Shown one piece after another: positions 9,666 to 17,235 of a stretch of 26,548 bases of DNA. The stretch comes from Chitinivibrionales bacterium (GTDB lineage Bacteria; Fibrobacterota; Chitinivibrionia; Chitinivibrionales; FEN-1185): positions 1 to 26,548 of the forward strand of contig JAQUMP010000001.1 in NCBI GenBank assembly GCA_028718065.1. Direction: 5' to 3'. Position 1 is the stretch's first letter, and the number at the start of each line of letters is the position of its first letter. The translations under genes and the position numbers were made by a program. Under the pieces are notes generated by a model that saw only the letters and a list, made by a program, of their open reading frames with translations, did no database searches and had not been told where the DNA came from.

Positions 9666-9681
9666 TGCAAGTTCTATGCCA
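9666..9681 (-). promoter_or_regulatory. sigma54 (-24/-12) promoter for the porin-amtB-glnK operon
   Basis: The minus strand reads TGGCAT-AGAAC-TTGCA (GG-N10-GC), about 50 nt upstream of GTG 9613. Confidence 0.85.
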
Positions 9682-9848
9682 AATATGCGGGTCGCTTAAT
9701 TACAATAGGAATACAAAGAGGAATAATAGGAGAGCTATTTCTTGATACAGATATGTACTTTTAAAAGAATTGTCGATTCATTTTTGTATTTGATAAATGC
9801 CCGATATTTATTTTTACAGAAAATCAACAAAAAAGGATTCCGCAATCT

Positions 9849-11048
9849 ATGTATCAACCCTCTCAATCCGTGCTTACAAACTATGCCAAAGTCCTGATAA
9901 ATTTTGCGCTTAACAGCGGCCGGGGGCTCCGCAAAGGTGAAGTTGTGTACTTAAGCTCGCCGCTGGCGGGTCTGCCTCTGGCGCGTGAAGTTTACAAAAC
10001 CGTTCTGGCAAGCGGCGGCCATTGCATGCTGAATTTAATCGATGATTCATTCACGCTTATCAAGCTTAAAAACGCCGCGCAAAAACAGTTGCTCTTTTTC
10101 CCCGCCAAATTTTATCGCGGCCTGGCGCAAACCATCGACCACCAGGTCCGAATTCTGGCAGAGGAAGACCCGCTTTTTTTAAAAAGTATCGACCCTAAAA
10201 GAATCATTTGTTCCCAAAAAAGCAGCAAGCCCTACCGCGATTGGTTAGACAAAAAAGAGGACGATGGCCGCCTTACCTGGACGCTTTGTCTCTACGCCAC
10301 CGCCGGCGTTGCCAAGCAGGCCGGGATTTCGCTTGAACGCTACTGGCGCCTGATCGAGCGGGCCTGCTTTTTAAACGCAGCGGACCCTATCGCGCAGTGG
10401 CAACAAACATTCTCCGAAATAAATCGCATTATAAAAACCTTAAACAAATTACCAATTGACAAACTGCACCTTACCGCATATAAAACGGACCTCTGGCTCA
10501 CCCTCGGAGAAAAACGGAAATGGCTCGGCGGCAGCGGCCGGAACATTCCCAGCTTCGAAATCTTTACCTCGCCCGATTGGCGCGGCGTAAACGGCTCTAT
10601 ATTTTTTGATTTGCCCCTCTTTCGCTACGGCAACATAATCAAGGACATTGCGCTCGAATTCAAAAACGGCCGCGTGATTAAAGCCACGGCCCGCAAAAAC
10701 GAAAAGCTGCTGCACGAAATCATAGCCCAGAAAAACGCCGATAAAATCGGCGAATTTTCCCTGACCGACAAGCGCTTCTCTAAAATCAATGCTTTTATGG
10801 CCGATTCGCTCTACGACGAAAATTTCGGCGGCCCCTTCGGCAACACGCACCTGGCGGTGGGCAAATCCTACCACGACACCTTCGCCGGTGACGCTAAAAA
10901 ACTGCGCAAGGGCGATTGGGATAAATTAGGCTTTAACGATTCCGTGGAGCACACGGACATAATCGCCGGCACCAACAGGAAAGTCGTGGCGACGCTTAAA
11001 AACGGTTCTCAAAGGACCATCTATGAGCATGGAAAGTTTTTGATATGA
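9849..11048 (+). CDS. Aminopeptidase, thermophilic metalloprotease family M29 (AmpS/PepS-like)
   Basis: YAKVLINFAL, NIPSFEIFTSP, FKNGRVIKA, GEFSLTD, LYDENFGG, HLAVGKSY and NDSVEHTDII match the M29 metal-binding motifs. Confidence 0.92.
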   Translation: MYQPSQSVLTNYAKVLINFALNSGRGLRKGEVVYLSSPLAGLPLAREVYKTVLASGGHCMLNLIDDSFTLIKLKNAAQKQLLFFPAKFYRGLAQTIDHQVRILAEEDPLFLKSIDPKRIICSQKSSKPYRDWLDKKEDDGRLTWTLCLYATAGVAKQAGISLERYWRLIERACFLNAADPIAQWQQTFSEINRIIKTLNKLPIDKLHLTAYKTDLWLTLGEKRKWLGGSGRNIPSFEIFTSPDWRGVNGSIFFDLPLFRYGNIIKDIALEFKNGRVIKATARKNEKLLHEIIAQKNADKIGEFSLTDKRFSKINAFMADSLYDENFGGPFGNTHLAVGKSYHDTFAGDAKKLRKGDWDKLGFNDSVEHTDIIAGTNRKVVATLKNGSQRTIYEHGKFLI

Positions 11049-11728
11049 CAAACGCAGACGCCTCAGGGCATCACCAGCGCCTGCGCGAACGCTTTACCAA
11101 TAGCGACCTCTCCGGCCTGGCCGATTATGAAATCCTCGAACTGCTCTTAACGTTTGTAATCAACCGCAAAGACACAAAACCGATTGCAAAAGAACTTATC
11201 CGCCAATTTAAAACCATCAATCGCGTCCTGAATGCCGATGCCGCAGACCTGCAAAAAATCGACGGTATCGGCGAGAGGACTTGCGCGTTTTTTCACCTTA
11301 TAAGAGAGGTGGGCGCTTATTGCCTGCTCGAAAAAGCCTCGAAGCAATCGGTGATCACGCGCCGGACCGATGTCGAAGAATATTTGCGATTTACTTTTGG
11401 CAATAAGCAGGACGAATATGTCGCCATGGTTTATCTGGACAACGGCAACCATGTTTTAGGCGCCGATATCGTGGCCGAAGGCACCGTGAACCAGTGCGCC
11501 GCCTATCCGCGCGCCTTTTTTGAAAAAGCGCTTAAAAACCGCGCCACCTCGTTTATTATCGCCCATAATCATCCCGGCGGCTCGTTACACGCTTCGCAGG
11601 CCGACTGGGAGCTTACCGAACGTTTGCATAAGATCGGGAAACTGCTCGACATTCCCCTGCTCGACCATATTATTATTTGTCAGGATTCGGTTGTTACGTT
11701 GCGGGAAGATGGCCGCTGGCCGGGGTGA
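11045..11728 (+). CDS. radC: RadC family (HhH + JAB/MPN) protein
   Basis: GHHQRLRERF, DYEILELLL, KIDGIG, HNHPGG and LLDHIII. ATGA overlap with the aminopeptidase stop. Confidence 0.95.
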   Translation: MTNADASGHHQRLRERFTNSDLSGLADYEILELLLTFVINRKDTKPIAKELIRQFKTINRVLNADAADLQKIDGIGERTCAFFHLIREVGAYCLLEKASKQSVITRRTDVEEYLRFTFGNKQDEYVAMVYLDNGNHVLGADIVAEGTVNQCAAYPRAFFEKALKNRATSFIIAHNHPGGSLHASQADWELTERLHKIGKLLDIPLLDHIIICQDSVVTLREDGRWPG

Positions 11729-11736
11729 AACGGCCA

Positions 11737-11904
11737 TCATGCCGCTAAAACCGGGACCTTAGCCGCCATTCTATCATGCATCAGGTTTTTGTAATTACGT
11801 TCTTCTTCGGGAAACAACGTTGGGATGTGTTTCCCGCCGGCGCCGGTCATTCTATTGTAATCTTTGTAAACCGGGCAGGCCATGCAGTTATTCTCTTTCT
11901 GCGG
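11737..11904 (-). pseudogene. Possible headless fragment of a Cys-rich two-CW-type gene
   Basis: The minus frame reads PQKENNCMACPVYKDYNRMTGAGG...; QKExNCxxCxVY resembles the C-terminal half of the two-CW domain. The upstream part of this ORF is only antisense to the plus-strand gene. Confidence 0.3.
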
Positions 11905-11908
11905 GGTG

Positions 11909-12541
11909 ATGATGAATAAAAGGACAAAAAGGGAAATACTGCTGGAAGGGCTTCTGGATGAATTACTATCACCGGGGGAGGACCGCTGGAGCATGCCGGA
12001 CGACCATCTCCTTACCTGCTGGCGCGAATACAATTGCAAAGTAAAACGCTGCCCCGTATATGGAAAGGAAAAAATACGGTGCTGGCAGGTTGTGGGGACC
12101 TTCTGCTCCCAAAAGCGGAAACCGTTGACTTTCAAGAAAAGGATGCGTACCTGCCTGAAATGCCGGGTATATCAAGCCGCGCTTGGAACCGCCGAATCAC
12201 GCTCGTACGAAACCCTTAACAATATCGTATTCATTTTGACCGGATTCAATCTCTCTTTTTTTAAAACGAGCAGGACCGTTTTACAAAAAAGCATCGAAGG
12301 CCTTCGCGCCCGATTTGTAGCTTGTGAACTGTTAAACGAGGTGGGAAAATCAATTACCGAACAGCATATTTCCGTCGGCTGCTCCTGGCGCCCGGAGCGA
12401 TTCTGCTACTGCCTTTACTTCCGGGTAAGCGCCTGTAAAAACTTTACAAAGCCGGTAATGTCTTTCTTAAAAAGCCGGGAAGCGCCTTTAAACTTTTTTA
12501 CCAGATGTGCCAATCTTTCGCTGTCTATTGCAAATCCGTAG
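11909..12541 (+). CDS. Cys-rich 'two-CW' domain protein; C-terminus doubtful because it overlaps the convergent toxin gene
   Basis: CWREYNCKVKRCPVYGKEKIRCWQVVGTFC...CLKCRVYQ (12017-12175; 7 Cys, two CW motifs). GGGGTG precedes ATG 11909/11912. The last 127 bp overlap 12415..12903 antisense. Confidence 0.6.
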   Translation: MMNKRTKREILLEGLLDELLSPGEDRWSMPDDHLLTCWREYNCKVKRCPVYGKEKIRCWQVVGTFCSQKRKPLTFKKRMRTCLKCRVYQAALGTAESRSYETLNNIVFILTGFNLSFFKTSRTVLQKSIEGLRARFVACELLNEVGKSITEQHISVGCSWRPERFCYCLYFRVSACKNFTKPVMSFLKSREAPLNFFTRCANLSLSIANP

Positions 12542-12903
12542 ATATTCCTTACAACATGCCTGAACCCCAAAAACTCGGTAAGCGCGGTTTCGGTTTTGCC
12601 GGAGATCACGGGTGGGCGGACGGATCCAAGTTCCAGGCTCATGGAGTGCAGCAAACGCCTGTGCCAATCGAACGAATCTGGCGTACCGCCGTTAATGTCA
12701 TCGGCGATTTTTTTGAAAATACGTTCGCATCCCGTATAGAAATTATGGAGTTTTAAAGCGACCGATTCTTCGTGGATTCGGCGCTTCTTCGCTTCGCGCG
12801 GAAGCGAGGCCCACGTTTCACCTAATTCGGCCGCCAATATATCAAGCTGGCGCAACTCATCCTTAATTTCCGCGATCAGATCGATAATCCTATCGTCGTT
12901 CAT
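12415..12903 (-). CDS. HEPN/HepT-like (DUF86-related) toxin
   Basis: LHNFYTGCERIF, WHRRLLHSM and FRHVVRNIY (RX4HXY position). Overlaps the upstream nucleotidyltransferase by 14 bp. Confidence 0.85.
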   Translation of the reverse strand: MNDDRIIDLIAEIKDELRQLDILAAELGETWASLPREAKKRRIHEESVALKLHNFYTGCERIFKKIADDINGGTPDSFDWHRRLLHSMSLELGSVRPPVISGKTETALTEFLGFRHVVRNIYGFAIDSERLAHLVKKFKGASRLFKKDITGFVKFLQALTRK

Positions 12904-13249
12904 AAAGGACCTTTCCTTTCGCGATCCGCGAGGTCATGAGCGGCGTGGCAGCCGCAGTCTCGATGAGATCCACGGGAAAACCGGCAGTTTGACACTGGAC
13001 AAGTGCGTTGAAATATTGATCCGGCTTTATCCCTTCTACCGCAAGGTCGATATCGGAGTTTGCTTTAAAACGACTGCCATGCAAAATGGAACCGACCAGG
13101 GTGACTTTTTTTGCGCCAAATTGATCGGCAAGAACGCGCGAAAGCTTTCGCGCACATCCGAGCGCTTTTTGCCTTCTTGATTCATTCATTACCCTGGTTT
13201 CTTCGTCGCGTTTTTTCCATGCTGCGCGGTATTTTTTCATCGAAATCAT
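12890..13249 (-). CDS. Minimal nucleotidyltransferase (MntA-like antitoxin)
   Basis: LVGSILHGSRFKANSDIDLAVEG (GS...DxD) and FPVDLI. Paired with the HEPN gene. Confidence 0.88.
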   Translation of the reverse strand: MISMKKYRAAWKKRDEETRVMNESRRQKALGCARKLSRVLADQFGAKKVTLVGSILHGSRFKANSDIDLAVEGIKPDQYFNALVQCQTAGFPVDLIETAAATPLMTSRIAKGKVLYERR

Positions 13250-13307
13250 AGTGGCTGCCTCTATGTTAAAATATATTATTGACCGTCTTCAGAAACGATT
13301 CCGTCTG

Positions 13308-13931
13308 TTACCGGCCCAGCACCCATGCCAAAATCACGTCCGCCTGTTTTGCCGCCGCAATACTTACCGCCGGACTCAGCGGTTTTAATTCCGCAGATAT
13401 TTCTGAAGTCTGATCGCCGATCATAAAAAAATTATCGCGGATTTTTTTAACTTTTATGCGGTCGCTGTCGCCGAACCCGGCCAGCCCGCTGGCGCAAACG
13501 ACGAATTTATCCGAATTAATAAAAGTTTCGGCTAGCATAGCTTTGCAACCAGCGGTGTCAAATGCCTCCACGATCACCGTGCAGGAAGCAAAGATGTTCC
13601 CGATATTTTGCTTGTCAAGCTTGAGCTGGTAGGTTTTTATGGAAACCGCAGGGTTAATCCGCAATAAACTTTCCTTGAGCGCCTGCACTTTCGGCAGTCC
13701 GATTTGATTTAAAAAATAAAACTGCCGGTTTAAGTTTGATTCTTCGACATTATCAAAATCTACAATTACGAATTTTTCAAAACCGCACCTGACCAAGTTC
13801 ATGGCGCAATTGGAGCCCAGACCGCCGGCGCCGGCAATGCCGATGCGCGTATTCCTGGTTTTTTTTATTTGTTCGGGAGTAAAATAGCGTTCCGAAACAT
13901 TATCAAATGAAAAATTATTCGGGCTGTTCAT
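13308..13931 (-). CDS. thiF: ThiS adenylyltransferase ThiF (short form)
   Basis: IGIAGAGGLGS, DFDNVEESNLNRQ and EAFD. ATG 13931 overlaps the thiH TGA (ATGA). Confidence 0.93.
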   Translation of the reverse strand: MNSPNNFSFDNVSERYFTPEQIKKTRNTRIGIAGAGGLGSNCAMNLVRCGFEKFVIVDFDNVEESNLNRQFYFLNQIGLPKVQALKESLLRINPAVSIKTYQLKLDKQNIGNIFASCTVIVEAFDTAGCKAMLAETFINSDKFVVCASGLAGFGDSDRIKVKKIRDNFFMIGDQTSEISAELKPLSPAVSIAAAKQADVILAWVLGR

Positions 13932-15034
13932 GATAGTTTGCTGTTCCAATCGTGCATCACGGGTTGAAAGCCGCGTGCGAGCAAATCGCAGTTTACCTCC
14001 TGCACACTGCGCGTATCGGCGATTTCAAACTGCCCCACCGAGGACGAATCCAGGTGGCCGCCAACGGCGGTGGATACGCCCGCCGACATTTTAGTAACGC
14101 CAAGCGAAACAATATTATTGCGAAAATCCGCCGATTCGCGGGTAGAAACCGTTAACCCAGCCGCAGGCAAAAACAGGCGCAGGGCAATGAGCATGCGCAC
14201 GAATTGCGTGTCGTTAACGTAAAACGGCTGCTTAAACTCCCCCACCAAAGGCCGCAGGCGCGGCAGCGACACCGAGAGTTCGGCAGCGGGATATTTTTTC
14301 CATAAATAGTCGGCATGCAGGGCGGCAAAAAATATTTCCGATACCGGCTGCGCCAGTCCCAAAAGCGGCCCGATGGTCACGGCGCGCATGTTCTCCTTTA
14401 ATGCGCGTTCGGGCGCATCTAAGCGAAAAACAAAATCCTCTTTGGGGCCACCCCGGTGATAACCTTTGTAAAGATATTCATCGTAGACTTCCTGATATAT
14501 GGTCAGGCCGTCGACCCCGTGGCCGATTAACTCTTTATACCCGTCACCTGCTAAAGGAAAAATCTCAAGGGCGATGGAGGCGAAATGTTCTCTTAAAATA
14601 TCCACAACATCCGCCAAATACCGCAAGGGCGTTTTCGCCGGCGCTTCGCCGGTTAAAACCAGAACATGACGCATGCCGGTTTGGGCGATCGCGCGCGCCT
14701 CTGATTCTATTTCGTCAAGGGATAGCGTGCGGCGGTCTATGGTTTGCCGGCAGCCGAAGGAACAATAGGGACAGACATTTTCGCAGTAGTTGGAAATATA
14801 GAGCGGTGTAAAGAGCCGGATCGTATTGCCGAATTGGCGCCGCGTAATCTTAAATGCGCGCCGGGCGATAGCTTCGCGGTAAGGTGCCGCGGCATCCCCG
14901 AGCAGGGTTAGAAAATCGAGCGGCGCGAGATTCTCTTTTGCCAATATAGCTTCTACACTTGTCGCGCTTACCTCCGTAAAAAAGCCGTTAAAATCAAACG
15001 AGCGCCACTGCTGCAAAACATCGTAAAAGCCCAT
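13928..15034 (-). CDS. thiH: 2-iminoacetate synthase ThiH (radical SAM)
   Basis: LFTPLYISNYCENVCPYCSF (CX3CX2C), YQEVY, SLPRLRP, STRES and MSAGVSTAVGG...QFEIADTRS. Confidence 0.95.
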   Translation of the reverse strand: MGFYDVLQQWRSFDFNGFFTEVSATSVEAILAKENLAPLDFLTLLGDAAAPYREAIARRAFKITRRQFGNTIRLFTPLYISNYCENVCPYCSFGCRQTIDRRTLSLDEIESEARAIAQTGMRHVLVLTGEAPAKTPLRYLADVVDILREHFASIALEIFPLAGDGYKELIGHGVDGLTIYQEVYDEYLYKGYHRGGPKEDFVFRLDAPERALKENMRAVTIGPLLGLAQPVSEIFFAALHADYLWKKYPAAELSVSLPRLRPLVGEFKQPFYVNDTQFVRMLIALRLFLPAAGLTVSTRESADFRNNIVSLGVTKMSAGVSTAVGGHLDSSSVGQFEIADTRSVQEVNCDLLARGFQPVMHDWNSKLS

Positions 15035-15042
15035 AGCGGCAA

Positions 15043-15840
15043 TTATTCCAAAAAACCGGTGAGCGGCGAAGAGGCAACGGCCGTATCGGATTGCGGCCCC
15101 AGACCGGCCAAAAAGGCCGCGCGGCCCGCCAGCACGGCATGATAAAAGGCCGCGGCCATGGCGACCGGACTATGGCTTGACGCAATGGCAGTATTGAGCA
15201 GCACGGCGGCGGCGCCCATTTCCATGGCGGCGGCCGCGTGCGAAGGCGCGCCGATGCCCGCATCCACGATAACCGGCAGGTCGATCTCTTCAATCAGCAG
15301 CCGAATCTGGTCAACTGTTTGTAAACCACGGTTGGACCCGATGGGCGCGCCCAGCGGCATGACGGCCGCAACGCCGATATCGGCCAGGCGCCGCGCGACC
15401 GAAAGGTCGGGATAGATATAGGGCAAAACAATGAATCCCTCTTTGACAAGCTCTTCCGCGGCCTTGATGGTCTCCACGCTGTCGGGCATAAGGTATTTGG
15501 CATCGTTAATGACTTCGATCTTTATCCAGGCGCCAAGATTCATGCCGCGGGCAAGGCGCGCGATGCGCACGGCCTCGGCGGCATTGCGCGCGCCGGAGGT
15601 GTTGGGCAGGATTATTTTTCCGGGGGGAATAAAATTTAGCACCGAATCGTGGGGTTTGTCAAAGTCGATGCGCCGCAGGGCCACGGTAATAATATCGCAT
15701 TGCGCGGCCGCAAGCACGGCGCTTATTAAGCGGTCGTCGCGATATTTTCCCGACCCGGTAATGAGGCGCGATTTTATTTTTTGCCCGGCAATAACTAAAA
15801 AATCTTCTTCGGATTCGGTTTTATTTTGCGGGTTGTTCAT
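15043..15840 (-). CDS. thiG: Thiazole synthase ThiG
   Basis: SRLITGSGKY, LPNTSGA, WIKIEV, MPLGAPIGSNRGL, VDAGIGAPSHAAAAMEMG and AVASSP. Confidence 0.97.
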   Translation of the reverse strand: MNNPQNKTESEEDFLVIAGQKIKSRLITGSGKYRDDRLISAVLAAAQCDIITVALRRIDFDKPHDSVLNFIPPGKIILPNTSGARNAAEAVRIARLARGMNLGAWIKIEVINDAKYLMPDSVETIKAAEELVKEGFIVLPYIYPDLSVARRLADIGVAAVMPLGAPIGSNRGLQTVDQIRLLIEEIDLPVIVDAGIGAPSHAAAAMEMGAAAVLLNTAIASSHSPVAMAAAFYHAVLAGRAAFLAGLGPQSDTAVASSPLTGFLE

Positions 15841-15860
15841 ATTTATTTATGTTATCAATA

Positions 15861-16061
15861 CTATCCGCCACCGACAAACCGGATAATTTCGATGGCGTCG
15901 TTTTCTTTAAGATTAGTGCTTCCGAATAATTCTTTGACGATTATATTCGTATTTATTTCTACCACGACATGGAGAGGATTAATGGATTTTTCTTGCAGTA
16001 ATTTGCTGATTGATTTCTCTCCATCAATATCGATTGTTTTTCCGTTGATTCTTAATTTCAT
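15861..16061 (-). CDS. thiS: Sulfur carrier protein ThiS
   Basis: 66 aa, MKLRING...VVVEIN...EIIRFVGGG with a C-terminal di-Gly. Confidence 0.95.
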   Translation of the reverse strand: MKLRINGKTIDIDGEKSISKLLQEKSINPLHVVVEINTNIIVKELFGSTNLKENDAIEIIRFVGGG

Positions 16062-16080
16062 AAATATTTAAATAACTACC

Positions 16081-16254
16081 TTGGAAGGGGCTGGCCGCCC
16101 CTTAAACCCGCCAGGGAAAATGCTTATTATAGCTAAAAGATAAAACCATGCTTGTTTGACAATGGGGACTTAATCGCACGCAAAATGGTCGGAATATTTT
16201 AGCTATAATACGTATATTCCTTACCGGATCTAAAGGGCGGCGAGCCCTTTCCAT
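16081..16254. repeat. 174-bp element bounded by 60-bp imperfect inverted repeats, each with an internal hairpin (REPIN/MITE-like)
   Basis: 16081-16140 versus the reverse complement of 16195-16254 gives 47/60 identities without gaps (manual count), including a perfect TATTATAGCTAAAA. The hairpins are aaggggc-N5-gcccctt and aaagggc-N5-gcccttt. Confidence 0.8.
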
Positions 16255-16268
16255 ATTATTTTATTTAA

Positions 16269-17219
16269 TTAAGTCTTATAAATCTTAGAATTAGAGGGAA
16301 CTGATTTTGTAATCCAGGTATTCCCGCCGATAACGCTGCCCTTACCAATACGGGTTTTGCCGCCCAGAATCGTGGCATTGGAATAAATGACAACGTCGTC
16401 CTCGATGTCCGGATGGCGCTTGACCCCTTTTACCGGCTTGCCTCTTTTGTCAAGCGTAAACGACAGCGCGCCGAGCGTAACGCCCTGGTAGAGCTTTACA
16501 TTTGCGCCGATGGTAGTGGTTTCGCCGATCACCACGCCCGTGCCGTGGTCGATAAAAAACCGCGGTCCGACGGTAGCGCCGGGATGGATATCGATCCCGG
16601 TGCGGGAATGGGCGCGCTCGGACATGATGCGCGGAATGATGGGCACGTCTAATTTGTAAAGCAAGTGCGCGATGCGGTGCGTGGCGATGGCCTCGATGCA
16701 GGGGTAGCTCATGATGATTTCGTCGAGCGAGCCGGCCGCCGGATCGCCGTCGTAGGCGGCCTGGATGTCTTTGAGCAGGATCGCGCGGATTTGGGGCAGC
16801 GATTCGATCAGCTCCTGCAGGACCGCCTCGGCCCGGTCGGCGCACGTGCAGTTACGGCATGAATTGCGCGAGCAAAGATAACGAAAAACGGCCTTGATAT
16901 GCCCGCCGAGGGCAATGCTGATGTGCCGCAACTTGTCGCCCAGGAAAAAATTAATATCGTCTTTGGTGACTTTTTCGGTGCTGTAATAACCGGGGAACAG
17001 GACCGCGAGAATATCGTCGAGGATGTCGCAGATTTCACTGCGGCCGGACAAATTGAGCCCGTCCTCCGCCTGGGCATTTAAATGGCCCAGGACGCTGCGT
17101 TCGAGCTTGGCAACCACCCCGGGCAATTGGTGGTTGATCCAATGTTTGTTGCCGGACCCAACCATAGTATTGCCGGTTTTTTTTTTGCTTTCCCGGCCGA
17201 TCTTCCGTGATGGAACCAT
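16269..17219 (-). CDS. cysE: Serine O-acetyltransferase (CysE, EpsC-type long N-terminus)
   Basis: DIQAAYDGDPAA, SYPCIEAIATHRIAH, GIDIHPGA, FFIDHGTGVVIGET, LYQGVTLG and KRHP. AAAGG RBS before ATG 17219; alternative ATG at 17165. Confidence 0.93.
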   Translation of the reverse strand: MVPSRKIGRESKKKTGNTMVGSGNKHWINHQLPGVVAKLERSVLGHLNAQAEDGLNLSGRSEICDILDDILAVLFPGYYSTEKVTKDDINFFLGDKLRHISIALGGHIKAVFRYLCSRNSCRNCTCADRAEAVLQELIESLPQIRAILLKDIQAAYDGDPAAGSLDEIIMSYPCIEAIATHRIAHLLYKLDVPIIPRIMSERAHSRTGIDIHPGATVGPRFFIDHGTGVVIGETTTIGANVKLYQGVTLGALSFTLDKRGKPVKGVKRHPDIEDDVVIYSNATILGGKTRIGKGSVIGGNTWITKSVPSNSKIYKT

Positions 17220-17235
17220 GGTGGAAGACCTTTCG

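Noticed and set aside
9682-9848. NifA upstream activator sequence TGT-N10-ACA
   Set aside because: I checked the ACA positions I found by hand and none has TGT at the required spacing.
11045-11728. radC as a mobile-element or anti-restriction marker
   Set aside because: It is the full-length HhH+JAB chromosomal form coupled to the aminopeptidase gene, not the short JAB-only form, and no mobility genes are nearby.
11708-11738. 8-bp inverted repeat gatggccg/cggccatc across the radC stop
   Set aside because: 15-nt loop and no U-tract; too weak to call a terminator.
16062-16268. TPP riboswitch upstream of thiS
   Set aside because: The conserved CUGAGA and AACCUGA elements are absent; the inverted-repeat element explains the region.
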